Of a DNA stretch of 64,000 nucleotides, positions 1 through 8,230 are shown piece by piece (within the stretch, counting starts at the first letter, position 1; each line of letters opens with the position of its first letter). Position numbers and translations under genes: made by a program. This DNA is from a virus: the IMG/VR virus record IMGVR_UViG_3300042507_004023. The stretch is one strand, 5' to 3'. Under the pieces are notes generated by a model, which was not told where the DNA came from, ran no database searches, and saw only the letters and a list, made by a program, of their open reading frames with translations.

Positions 1-1
1 A

Positions 2-103
2 GGTTTCGTAGCAGTTTGTGGTAAGACATGTAGTATCGTGAAACTTGTTGACCGCAACGAGTTCTCGCGCAACAACTTTAATCTAGCAAAGGAATGGAAG
101 TGA
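2..103 (+). CDS. 3' end of a conserved T4-like phage protein (DUF6267-like), truncated by the window edge
   Basis: Frame from nt 2 reads GFVAVCGKTCSIVKLVDRNEFSRNNFNLAKEWK*. VKLVDRxEFSRxNF resembles the C-terminus of the protein that usually precedes the cytidylyltransferase in T4-like aquatic phages (recalled, not searched). Confidence 0.6.
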   Translation, partial: GFVAVCGKTCSIVKLVDRNEFSRNNFNLAKEWK

Positions 104-3084
104 AAAAACTCTCACAACTCATCACCGAAGCCCCGAAGAAAGAAAAGTCAATTGTTATTGGCGTTGGACGCTTTAATCCTCCAACCACAGGACACGAAGT
201 TCTTGTAAACAAAGTGATGACGGAAGCACAAAAGATTGGTGCAGAGTTCTGTGTTTACGCTTCATACTCACAAGACCCAAAGAAGAATCCGCTAGACGCG
301 AAAACTAAACTTGAGACTTTAAAGAAGTTCTTCCCAAAGATGAAGTTCCAACTGATGCCAAAGCCTTTTCCAAACAAGGACGGCAAGACAGTTGCAGGGC
401 CTTATGCTATTGCACAAAAGTTGAGTGATGCAGGATATACTCGCGTTCACATTGTGACTGGCGCAGACCACATCGCGGAATACAACAAGATTAAGCAATA
501 CATTGACCTTGACCCAAAAAGCACCGAGGGCTACAAGTTCTCAGACTTCAAGGTGATTAGTGCTGGCAACCGCGACCCTGATGCGGAAGGTGTGCAGGGC
601 ATGTCGGCATCCAAGATGCGTAAGGCGGTGTTTGACGGCGATTACGATGCGTTCCTTAAAGGAGTTCCTGCTCATGTGAGCAAGGCGGATGCCAAGAAGA
701 TATTCATGGCCGTGAAAAAGGGAATGCAACTAAAGGAAGAATGGCTATGGGAAGAAAAGTCATCTGATGTAACTCTGCTTTGTCTGACTTCCGCTGAAGG
801 CAGCACAGACGGCTCAAGCATTGAAAAGATGGAAAAGTCTTGCAAGAAAAAGGGCATAGAATTCCATACTGTAAAGATGAAGTATGCTCACATCAATCCG
901 ATGGAAGCAAACGGAGATAAGATAGTCATTCAGATTACTGAAGGCGAAGAAAAGAAAAAGATTACCATAAGCCCGCGTGACACTCTTTGCTTTGTGCGTG
1001 GCGGTGTAATGAACTCGGAACTTGGAATTGGTCTCGCCACAATTCTACAAAATAACGGTGTGTTCATGGTTAACGAGAAGGGAGCAATGGAGTTGTGTGC
1101 AAACAAACTGCAAACCGCTCTTGCCCTTCAGAAGTATAACCTGCCACACCCAAGAACTGCATTTGTTTCCGATGAAGACTCCGTGGAAAACGCGATGAAG
1201 GCTATCGGCGGCAAGTATCCTGTAGTAGTTAAAACTGTTACAGGAGCAGAAGGTATCGGTGTTTCTATTATTGAAAGCGAGAAGTCACTACGCTCGGTTC
1301 TACAATCCCTGTGGAAGTTTGGTGCAGAAGTAATTCTGCAAGAGTTCCTGCCAGGCTTTAAGAACGATGTTCGTAGCATCGTATTAAATGGCAAGATTTT
1401 TGCTTGTGCAAAGCGGGACAAGGCTAAGGGAGACTTCCGAACCAATATTGCTAGGGGTTCCTCAGGGGGCGCATTCAAGTTATCTCCAGAAGAGATTGAA
1501 CTTGTAGAAAAGGTTGCACTTGTGAGTAAGTGCTATTATGTTGGCGTTGACCATGTTGTAGTTGACGGTAAACCTTATATCATCGAGATGAACGCTTCAC
1601 CTGGTAGCGGTAATGTTTACACGCTATACGATGGAGGCAAACCAACCAAAGAAGTGGAAGGTCAAGGTTTGATGGATGCTTTGATTGAACATGTAGGTAA
1701 TAAAAGTAATTGGAAACTATTCAGTAATGTTGCAGTATCAGAAAAGATTACGGTTGATGGAGTAGAATACAACGCGAAAGTGGATACCGGCAATAGCGGT
1801 TACAATTCTATTGATGCAAAAGATATCAAGATTAACGAAAAGAATCATACTGTAACCTTTAAAATTAACGATAAAACCATAACCAAAGATATCGCTAGTC
1901 GAATCAAGATTAAGCGAGGTGGAACTGAAGAACGAGAAATTCGTCCTGTTGTATTCATGGATGTGAAATTTGGCGGCAGAGAATACAAGAATGTTAAGTT
2001 TTCATTAACTAACAGACAGCACATGGAATACAAAGTTTTGATAGGACTTCGTTTCTTGCGTCAAACTGGTATGCAAGTTGACCCGAAAGATATGGCTGCT
2101 GCAAAACCAGAACCAAAAACAGAGGAGTTCGCAATGATTGAAGGAAAAGCCCCTGCAAGCCCAAAAGATAAAGAAACTGGATTACCAAAGAAATATGTTT
2201 CAGGATTAAGTCAAGCGGATGCCAAGGCTAGAGTTCAACAGTTTGCTGCTCGTAAGGCTCGTTCAGATTCAGACCCAAAGGCTTGGAAAAAACTACCAGG
2301 CGACCCCGAAAAAACTGCTCGCCGTTCCAAGTATTCTGTAGCGTTTGCGAAAAAGTTTGGAACCAAAGCAGAAGCATTTGAACTGCAAGAAATTTTAGAT
2401 GAGGCGGTTCGCTTGGATGATTGCGACAAAATTGCAACCCGAATCGAAAAGGCTCGTCATATGCAGGCTAAAGCAGGAAGCCCTGAAGAACAAACCGCAT
2501 GGGAAGTGTATATCGAAGAACAGAAGCGAGCCATGTATGCGGAACACGCTCCTAAAGTTTCCTCCACTCTAGAACAAGAGTTTGAGTGGATGATGTATGA
2601 GCATACCGATGAAAACAGTTTTGCCAGAAAGATTTACAAAGAAGTGTTGGAAATTGGAACCAACAAGATTCGTAAAACTTACGCTAAAGATACACCCGGT
2701 CAAGTCGCAGAAGAAACTGATGATGAAGAAAAAGATCGTATCTACAAAGAATGGTCTAAACTTGTGAACATGGGAGCCAAAGAACTTCAGAATTTTATAG
2801 ATTCAGAAGATGGGAAAGCGGCAGGATTGTCTCGTAAGGAAGCAGGCAAAGCAGGAACTGGTGGAGGTAAGATTACCTCGGGACGCGATTCGGCTCGTGC
2901 TATTGTCCGAATGCTTGGCAAGAAAAAAGATGATTGGCAGACAGGAGACTGGAAATGGGCAAACAAGCAAATTTCATTTATCAGCCGCATGAAGGGAGCC
3001 AAAGGCCCACTTCGTGACGATAAAGGCGAACCAACTCGTAAACTACTAGCCCTTAAGATTTGGGGACACAATCCGGAGAAATGA
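100..3084 (+). CDS. Multidomain polyprotein: HIGH-family nucleotidyltransferase + RimK-like ATP-grasp ligase + retropepsin-like protease + DUF5824-like segment + DUF3140-like domain
   Basis: GRFNPPTTGH (166-195); ATP-grasp motifs NKLQT, PVVVKTVTGAEGIGV, ILQEF, DVRSIV, FRTNIARG, GVD, IIEMNASPG; protease AKVDTG (DTG 1783-1791); C-terminal LVNMGAKEL...LKIWGHNP. Start probably GTG at 100 (AAGGA at 89-93; GTGA overlap with the upstream stop) rather than ATG at 94. Confidence 0.8.
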   Translation: MKKLSQLITEAPKKEKSIVIGVGRFNPPTTGHEVLVNKVMTEAQKIGAEFCVYASYSQDPKKNPLDAKTKLETLKKFFPKMKFQLMPKPFPNKDGKTVAGPYAIAQKLSDAGYTRVHIVTGADHIAEYNKIKQYIDLDPKSTEGYKFSDFKVISAGNRDPDAEGVQGMSASKMRKAVFDGDYDAFLKGVPAHVSKADAKKIFMAVKKGMQLKEEWLWEEKSSDVTLLCLTSAEGSTDGSSIEKMEKSCKKKGIEFHTVKMKYAHINPMEANGDKIVIQITEGEEKKKITISPRDTLCFVRGGVMNSELGIGLATILQNNGVFMVNEKGAMELCANKLQTALALQKYNLPHPRTAFVSDEDSVENAMKAIGGKYPVVVKTVTGAEGIGVSIIESEKSLRSVLQSLWKFGAEVILQEFLPGFKNDVRSIVLNGKIFACAKRDKAKGDFRTNIARGSSGGAFKLSPEEIELVEKVALVSKCYYVGVDHVVVDGKPYIIEMNASPGSGNVYTLYDGGKPTKEVEGQGLMDALIEHVGNKSNWKLFSNVAVSEKITVDGVEYNAKVDTGNSGYNSIDAKDIKINEKNHTVTFKINDKTITKDIASRIKIKRGGTEEREIRPVVFMDVKFGGREYKNVKFSLTNRQHMEYKVLIGLRFLRQTGMQVDPKDMAAAKPEPKTEEFAMIEGKAPASPKDKETGLPKKYVSGLSQADAKARVQQFAARKARSDSDPKAWKKLPGDPEKTARRSKYSVAFAKKFGTKAEAFELQEILDEAVRLDDCDKIATRIEKARHMQAKAGSPEEQTAWEVYIEEQKRAMYAEHAPKVSSTLEQEFEWMMYEHTDENSFARKIYKEVLEIGTNKIRKTYAKDTPGQVAEETDDEEKDRIYKEWSKLVNMGAKELQNFIDSEDGKAAGLSRKEAGKAGTGGGKITSGRDSARAIVRMLGKKKDDWQTGDWKWANKQISFISRMKGAKGPLRDDKGEPTRKLLALKIWGHNPEK

Positions 3085-3085
3085 C

Positions 3086-3346
3086 ATGAAACGCTTTAAA
3101 GATTTAAAAACTGAACTAGAATTAACAGAAAGCAAAAAGGCTTTACAAAACAAAGCCAAGCAATCTGGTGTTTCATATGGAATTTTAAAACAAGTGTATG
3201 ACCGAGGTATGGCGGCTTGGAAGGGCGGGCATCGTCCAGGTGCAACTCCTCAGCAATGGGCTTTGGCTAGAGTTAATTCGTTCCTGACAGGTGGGAAAAC
3301 CCGAAGAACCGCTGATGCAGACCTTTGGAAGAAAGCCAAGGGATAA
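3086..3346 (+). CDS. Small basic protein, DUF5824-like
   Basis: KQVYDRGMAAWKGGHRPGATPQQWALARVNSF motif recalled from T4-like phages and large eukaryotic DNA viruses; N-terminus MKRFKDL...LTE. Confidence 0.65.
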   Translation: MKRFKDLKTELELTESKKALQNKAKQSGVSYGILKQVYDRGMAAWKGGHRPGATPQQWALARVNSFLTGGKTRRTADADLWKKAKG

Positions 3347-3352
3347 ATTTAA

Positions 3353-3359
3353 CTAAATA
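3353..3359 (+). promoter_or_regulatory. T4-type late promoter variant CTAAATA
   Basis: Intergenic match to the gp55 consensus TATAAATA; the same variant recurs before many genes here. Confidence 0.55.
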
Positions 3360-3399
3360 CTACCTAGCGGCAAGAGTATAAAATTTACAAGGAGCAGCA

Positions 3400-3930
3400 A
3401 TGCACAACTCACCAATCAGCAAAGAATTTTATGATAGCATCACAAATGTTCTCGTTGGCAAGACAACCGTAAAAGTTGAACTTCCCGAGTCGCTAAAAGA
3501 AGCAGCCAAGGCGGCCGCAACCGAATTAAAGACGCTCAACGAAAGCGTTATGGTTGCAGAAACAAGGCGTAACATTCTACGCAAGCACCTGAAAGAGGGT
3601 GCTGCTAAGTGTGGTTGCTCGTTAACACCAGAAATGGTGGTGCGTTTTGATGAGTTGGTAAATGAAGCCGATGTTAAAATGCCAACACAAAAGGCAGCAT
3701 TGGCTACTCCCGCTGAAGTGAAGAACAAGACTGCTCCAAAGGGTGGTGCATCGAGTGCAGAAGCAAGCAAGTTGGCTACTCCCGCTAAAGCCACTGCTGC
3801 CATTAAAACCGCTGGTATGAAAGAAGAAACTCAACCATCACAGATTGAATTGGGTCTTCGTGAATTTTTGACTCAACTTTCTGAAGAAGAAGTTGCAACC
3901 CTTCGCAACATCATCAACGAAACTCGCTAA
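3400..3930 (+). CDS. Hypothetical Ala/Lys/Glu-rich protein, possible prohead core or internal protein
   Basis: 176 aa with AAGGAG RBS; several (L/I/V/M)-x-E motifs (LKE, LNE, VNE, MKE, INE); internal repeat LATPA. Confidence 0.55.
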   Translation: MHNSPISKEFYDSITNVLVGKTTVKVELPESLKEAAKAAATELKTLNESVMVAETRRNILRKHLKEGAAKCGCSLTPEMVVRFDELVNEADVKMPTQKAALATPAEVKNKTAPKGGASSAEASKLATPAKATAAIKTAGMKEETQPSQIELGLREFLTQLSEEEVATLRNIINETR

Positions 3931-3933
3931 ATA
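3927..3933 (+). promoter_or_regulatory. Late promoter variant CTAAATA
   Basis: Overlaps the stop of 3400..3930 and lies upstream of the AAGGAG RBS of 3953. Confidence 0.5.
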
Positions 3934-3952
3934 ACGACAAGGAGAAGCCGAA

Positions 3953-4852
3953 ATGGGAACTTGGAATAATAACGATAGAGAAGAATCAAAACCAACATGG
4001 TTGACAGCAGCCCAAAAGCGTTTCTGTGTTCGCACAACCGCAGGATGGGAACTTCCTGTTGCGAACGCCTTGTCAAATTTGGCTGGTCAATTCGAAGGTG
4101 TAAAAACACTTGGAGCAACTTCAAGTTATCCTCAAATGGAACTGATTGTTGCTATGCCTAACGATCCTGTTGCTCCATTTAGTGCCAACGGAGTAACTGG
4201 CACGACCAATAGCGCATTTGCCAATCGCCTTAGCATTACCGGTGGTTGGACTTCTGGTGATTTGCTAGTAGGTCAAGGAATTACAAACTATTCTCCATAT
4301 ATCACAACCCCATTCAATGGTGATGGAGCAACATCTGGCGGAAATTCAGGTTTAGGGTTAAGCCATTCCGCAACTGCAAATTTCGGGTTAAATGAATACG
4401 GTGTTTCTACCCTGTTCTGGGGAACCACAAGTCTTGGTTTAACTAATTCGGTTCCAACATACACCAATGTTGTCGGAACGGTTTTCCCCGCAGGAAACAC
4501 AGGTTACATTAAAGTTAAAGCAAATGATGTGAATTTCACACAAAATCTTGTTTTGACAGTAACCGGAAACATGACAGGCGGAGGACCTGCTCTTCATAGC
4601 GATTTGAAGAGAATCACATTCGTAACAGGAAGCACACTACTTACTAGTAGTGGAGCAAATGGAATTCCAACAGCAGTCTATGAAGCATTCTTCGGCCCAA
4701 CATCAACATACAACAGTGATATTGGCGTGGTAATTCTTCCAGCAGGATTGACTTCGGGAGCATACGGTTTAACAGCAACAGTATACGATGGTTCAACTGC
4801 TGGTGCTGCTTCAGGAACAGGACATGCTTCCTTCCGTGTAACAGTTCGTTGA
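3953..4852 (+). CDS. Putative virion structural protein
   Basis: 299 aa, Thr/Gly-rich, beta-strand-like; N-terminal MGTWNNND..KPTWL..GWELP resembles conserved T4-like structural proteins. Confidence 0.5.
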   Translation: MGTWNNNDREESKPTWLTAAQKRFCVRTTAGWELPVANALSNLAGQFEGVKTLGATSSYPQMELIVAMPNDPVAPFSANGVTGTTNSAFANRLSITGGWTSGDLLVGQGITNYSPYITTPFNGDGATSGGNSGLGLSHSATANFGLNEYGVSTLFWGTTSLGLTNSVPTYTNVVGTVFPAGNTGYIKVKANDVNFTQNLVLTVTGNMTGGGPALHSDLKRITFVTGSTLLTSSGANGIPTAVYEAFFGPTSTYNSDIGVVILPAGLTSGAYGLTATVYDGSTAGAASGTGHASFRVTVR

Positions 4853-4864
4853 TAGGAGTTTATC

Positions 4865-5410
4865 ATGCGTTTTAAGGAACTAAGAGGTAAGTTAAAAGAG
4901 CAGTGGGGTATGGCTTCTACCGAGGCGGGTCACTTAAATCCTGCTGTGGGGGCACACAATCCTGATGGAGCAGTTGATACTCCAGAAATTAACATTGCTT
5001 CTTTGAACAACGAAGCCCTTGCTAGACTCAACACATTTCTAGGGGCTGCTGTAAGGAAAACTTACATCAATCCGTATAATGTGTTAACTCAAATCAAGAA
5101 CAAGTTGGAAACTGTTGGTTTATTCTTTGAATACCGTATGCCTCCTGCAAAAACAGGACTAGAACAAGATGCTACAGCAAGCATCGACAACAAGAGAGGC
5201 CCTGTAAACGAAATTGGCGAAGGTTCTCATTCTTTCCCGCTAAAGTATCTTGGTGGATCATATGGTCGCTATCCAACAGATCCTGGCTATGACCCTTATC
5301 ACGCCGACAATATTAGCAATAAGACAGGAACTCCTCTAAATCTTGTTGTTGAAATTGCTAAAAATGAAGACGGAACATTCTCCGTTAAGTCACAAATAGT
5401 TCAAGGCTAA
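4865..5410 (+). CDS. Hypothetical protein with capsid-targeting-like N-terminus
   Basis: 181 aa, AGGAG RBS, starts MRFKELRGKLKEQ. Confidence 0.55.
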   Translation: MRFKELRGKLKEQWGMASTEAGHLNPAVGAHNPDGAVDTPEINIASLNNEALARLNTFLGAAVRKTYINPYNVLTQIKNKLETVGLFFEYRMPPAKTGLEQDATASIDNKRGPVNEIGEGSHSFPLKYLGGSYGRYPTDPGYDPYHADNISNKTGTPLNLVVEIAKNEDGTFSVKSQIVQG

Positions 5411-5445
5411 GGGCGTTCGCTAAAATCCGCATTTCACCGCCCGAA

Positions 5446-5469
5446 GGGAGCCGAAAGGCTCCCTTTTTT
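5446..5469 (+). terminator. Rho-independent terminator
   Basis: GGGAGCC-GAAA-GGCTCCC followed by TTTTTT: perfect 7-bp stem, GNRA loop, U-tract. Confidence 0.9.
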
Positions 5470-5471
5470 AT

Positions 5472-5479
5472 TATAGATA
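5472..5479 (+). promoter_or_regulatory. Late promoter variant TATAGATA
   Basis: One mismatch to TATAAATA, directly after the terminator; the same variant occurs at 35922-35929 on the minus strand. Confidence 0.45.
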
Positions 5480-5521
5480 CATGTGAGGAGTTTTTGTAAT
5501 GGTAAAATTTGAGATTTTGTA

Positions 5522-5908
5522 ATGATATTTAAAACGCTTAACGATGAAAATTTCGCGCTATACGCGGTGAAACATTACGATAACCCGCAGTGTCATAGCA
5601 TGCAAGAGTTTGAAGAAGATCTGACTCGCATCATCTATTTGAAGCGTTTGTTTAAGAAATACAAAAGAAGCGGGGAATTAAGAGATCGTTTAATTCTTAA
5701 TCATCTTATCACATTCTATAATGTGTTTGGAATTGAACCTGCTACACGAATGCTGTTCTATAAAATGGATGCTGATCTTTTACCCCTGCTCAAAACCTTC
5801 TTGGTTTACCTGCATTATTTGCCTGAAAATACAAAAAACATAGAAGGCATAGATATAGTGGAAATACCACTAGAAAACGAAATAATCGAGAAACTAAGGA
5901 GTCTGTGA
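5522..5908 (+). CDS. Conserved T4-like phage hypothetical protein
   Basis: LNDENFALYAVKHYDNPQC...ERLILNH-type motifs (here RDRLILNHLITFYNVFG) are typical of a family widespread in cyanophage-like T4 genomes. Confidence 0.7.
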   Translation: MIFKTLNDENFALYAVKHYDNPQCHSMQEFEEDLTRIIYLKRLFKKYKRSGELRDRLILNHLITFYNVFGIEPATRMLFYKMDADLLPLLKTFLVYLHYLPENTKNIEGIDIVEIPLENEIIEKLRSL

Positions 5909-6594
5909 TGAGTATAGATCCGCGACTTGAAGAAATTATGGCAGAGCATCGCTTCCTTCAGATACTCACCACTCCTTGGAAAAAACAAGCCGCTTATAAA
6001 CTTGGTATCATAAGCGAAAATGGTAAAATTCTTCGAAACCGTCACGAGTTAACAGAATCGCACGAACGACAAGCGTATCCTGATATTTTCTACGCATACT
6101 GTTGGAATGTAAAGCGATTGGTTGAACAGGTTTTTGTCAATAGTCTAGACACTAATAATTTTGTTAAGTCGGTATGGGCATTAAAAACACAATACGGCGG
6201 TTCAACCCCTGAAAAGTTTGAAACTCACATTTTGAACTATTTACAAGAAAAAGGAGTATCTTGTGAACAGTTAGGTGGAATGTTGATGGTGGAAACGCCA
6301 GATTTTAAAACCGATAACCCTTTGGTGGATACAATATTTGGAGTTGCGTTATACAAAGCCAACAAAGGAATAGCCACAATTAAAGAACTTCGTAAGATGG
6401 CGGAAGATGGTGCTGCTGTGGCTGCTCCTGCAAATAATGTGGGTGGCGGTCAAATGGCGGGTGTATCTCCGGGACAAGAGCCTCCAATGCCAAAAACCAC
6501 CGCCATGCAGAAGCGAAAGAAGTTGCAGCGTAGGCAACAAGATCGCATACAAAAAGATATTCAAACCATCAATATCATAAAGCCCAAAAACTAA
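5908..6594 (+). CDS. Conserved T4-like phage hypothetical protein
   Basis: RFLQILTTPWKKQAAYKLGIISENGK motif; C-terminal EDGAAVAAPANNVGGGQMAG; AAGGAG RBS at 5896-5901 favours ATG 5908. Confidence 0.65.
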   Translation: MSIDPRLEEIMAEHRFLQILTTPWKKQAAYKLGIISENGKILRNRHELTESHERQAYPDIFYAYCWNVKRLVEQVFVNSLDTNNFVKSVWALKTQYGGSTPEKFETHILNYLQEKGVSCEQLGGMLMVETPDFKTDNPLVDTIFGVALYKANKGIATIKELRKMAEDGAAVAAPANNVGGGQMAGVSPGQEPPMPKTTAMQKRKKLQRRQQDRIQKDIQTINIIKPKN

Positions 6595-6739
6595 CTGGCT
6601 ATGTATACGGAAGTTTGCAGAAATTGCGAACACCTGAAAAATAATTTTTCTGGCACAGGAAAAATGTTTACTTTCAACGAAAAGTTAACTAAACCTTGAA
6701 TTCGTAATCGTCTGCCGTAATGACACCACCTGGGCTCTC

Positions 6740-6763
6740 AAACCGCAAAACTGCGGGTTTTAG
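6740..6763 (+). terminator. Probable intrinsic terminator upstream of the primase promoter
   Basis: CCGCA-AAAC-TGCGG hairpin followed by GTTTTAG; A-run on the 5' side. Confidence 0.45.
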
Positions 6764-6792
6764 TTGCATTCCGCTAAATACTAGTGTATACT
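6764..6792 (+). promoter_or_regulatory. Sigma70-type promoter for primase, with a nested late motif
   Basis: TTGCAT (6764-6769), 17 bp, TATACT (6787-6792); CTAAATA at 6774-6780 inside the spacer. Confidence 0.65.
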
Positions 6793-6798
6793 TTCGCC

Positions 6799-7818
6799 AT
6801 GAGTTACTTGGATGTGAAGTTCATAAACATGGTTTCCCCAAGGCTTTCCCGCTTTGCTTGGAAGAAAACAAACGCTCTAGCAGTTTGCAGGTGTCCTATA
6901 TGCGGCGATTCCAAACGAAACAAAACCAAAACCCGCTTCTACTTCTACGAGAAGAAGGGTGGATTCTTTGTCAAGTGTCATAACTGTGACTTCGGAACCA
7001 CCTTATCCAAATTCCTTGAACAGTTTGACAGGCGACTCCATGATGAATACACTCTTGAAAAATACCGAGGTGGACTCACCGGCAGAAACGAAGCCGAGCC
7101 TGCCTTCACCTTCGAACAGCCAAGATTTGGAAGACCTGAAGTGGTTAATTCAAACCCGTCCGAGATGGGAATCGGACTGCCCAAAATTTCGGAACTCGCT
7201 CCGACTCATCCTGCGAAAGCCTTCTTAAACGCTAGAAAGATTCCTGAGTCGTCTCACGAACTCTTGTATTACGCCGAAAACTTTGGTGAGTGGGCTAAAA
7301 CCGTAGATCCCGAAAAAGAGTTGGGCGATGAGCCGAGGCTTGTGATACCAATCATTCATAAAGGTAAACTTGTTGGCGCAAACTGTCGTGCCCTTGACAG
7401 TAAAACTATTCGCTACATCACGCTTCGCAAAGAGCGAGGCGAAGAAAGAATGTGGTTTGGTCTTGACCGGGTGGATAAAAGCAAGCCGGTAATTGTGGTG
7501 GAAGGCCCACTAGACTCTTTGTTTCTTCCTAACGCGGTAGCCACAGCAGGATTAGGCAAGTCTGCTGTTCTGCCTGAAGAGTTGGGTGCAAATCCCGTTT
7601 TCGCTTTGGATAACGAACCCCGAAACCGAGAAGTGGTAAAAGTGGTGGAAGGATTGATTGCGGCGGGTAGAACGGTGTGTATTTGGCCCTCGTCGGTCGA
7701 GCAAAAGGATATTAACGACATGGTGTTAGCCGGACTTGATCCTTTGCGTATTATCACAGAAAATGCGGTTCGTGGTGCGGCAGCAAAACTTAAATTCATG
7801 GGGTGGAAGCGATGCTAG
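6799..7818 (+). CDS. gp61: DNA primase (T4 gp61)
   Basis: Zn-finger CRCPICGDS...FVKCHNC; TOPRIM VVEGPLDSLF, LDNEPRNREV, KDINDMV. MSYLDVKFIN is the usual N-terminus, so ATG 6799 is preferred. Confidence 0.95.
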   Translation: MSYLDVKFINMVSPRLSRFAWKKTNALAVCRCPICGDSKRNKTKTRFYFYEKKGGFFVKCHNCDFGTTLSKFLEQFDRRLHDEYTLEKYRGGLTGRNEAEPAFTFEQPRFGRPEVVNSNPSEMGIGLPKISELAPTHPAKAFLNARKIPESSHELLYYAENFGEWAKTVDPEKELGDEPRLVIPIIHKGKLVGANCRALDSKTIRYITLRKERGEERMWFGLDRVDKSKPVIVVEGPLDSLFLPNAVATAGLGKSAVLPEELGANPVFALDNEPRNREVVKVVEGLIAAGRTVCIWPSSVEQKDINDMVLAGLDPLRIITENAVRGAAAKLKFMGWKRC

Positions 7819-7820
7819 CC

Positions 7821-7827
7821 CTAAATA
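7821..7827 (+). promoter_or_regulatory. Late promoter variant CTAAATA
   Basis: Ends 5 nt before ATG 7833. Confidence 0.55.
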
Positions 7828-7832
7828 TGAGT

Positions 7833-8213
7833 ATGAAACCATTCCGTAAATTCGTTGAAGCCATCACTACCGATATCGAGTATGTGAAAAAGAATGCAGG
7901 CTCGTATCAGTATCGTGGAGCCGAGTTTGTGTGGGTGGCTTACCAAGGCGACAAGATTGTGAAGACTGGCAAGATGGGTAGTGCTTCTTTAGAAGACGCG
8001 AAAGCAGATGCCAAACAAATTCTTGCTGCTGTAGACGGAGTTGACCGAATTGAAATCTTGGGCAAAGACGATAAAGTGCTGGCTACCGTGGAAGAAACCA
8101 TGACAGAAATTAGCGGCACAGAACCTGCAATGGATTTGGGTGCGTTAACTAAACCAGGCGGTTCAGGTAAAGCCGCGAAAGCAAAAGTAAAACGACCAGA
8201 TAACCCCCGATAA
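7833..8213 (+). CDS. Hypothetical protein with capsid-targeting-like N-terminus
   Basis: Starts MKPFRKFVEA when ATG 7833 is used; follows a late motif. Confidence 0.55.
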   Translation: MKPFRKFVEAITTDIEYVKKNAGSYQYRGAEFVWVAYQGDKIVKTGKMGSASLEDAKADAKQILAAVDGVDRIEILGKDDKVLATVEETMTEISGTEPAMDLGALTKPGGSGKAAKAKVKRPDNPR

Positions 8214-8230
8214 TTTAATAGGAGTATATT

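Noticed and set aside
5411-5445. PreQ1-I riboswitch-like look (GGGCG-UUC...CAC-CGCCC)
   Set aside because: Loop is 22 nt and the required 3' A-rich tail is absent; no queuosine gene downstream.
6601-6699. 32-codon ORF MYTEVCRNCEHL...
   Set aside because: No RBS and no recognisable motif beyond one CxxC; cannot be supported, though not excluded.
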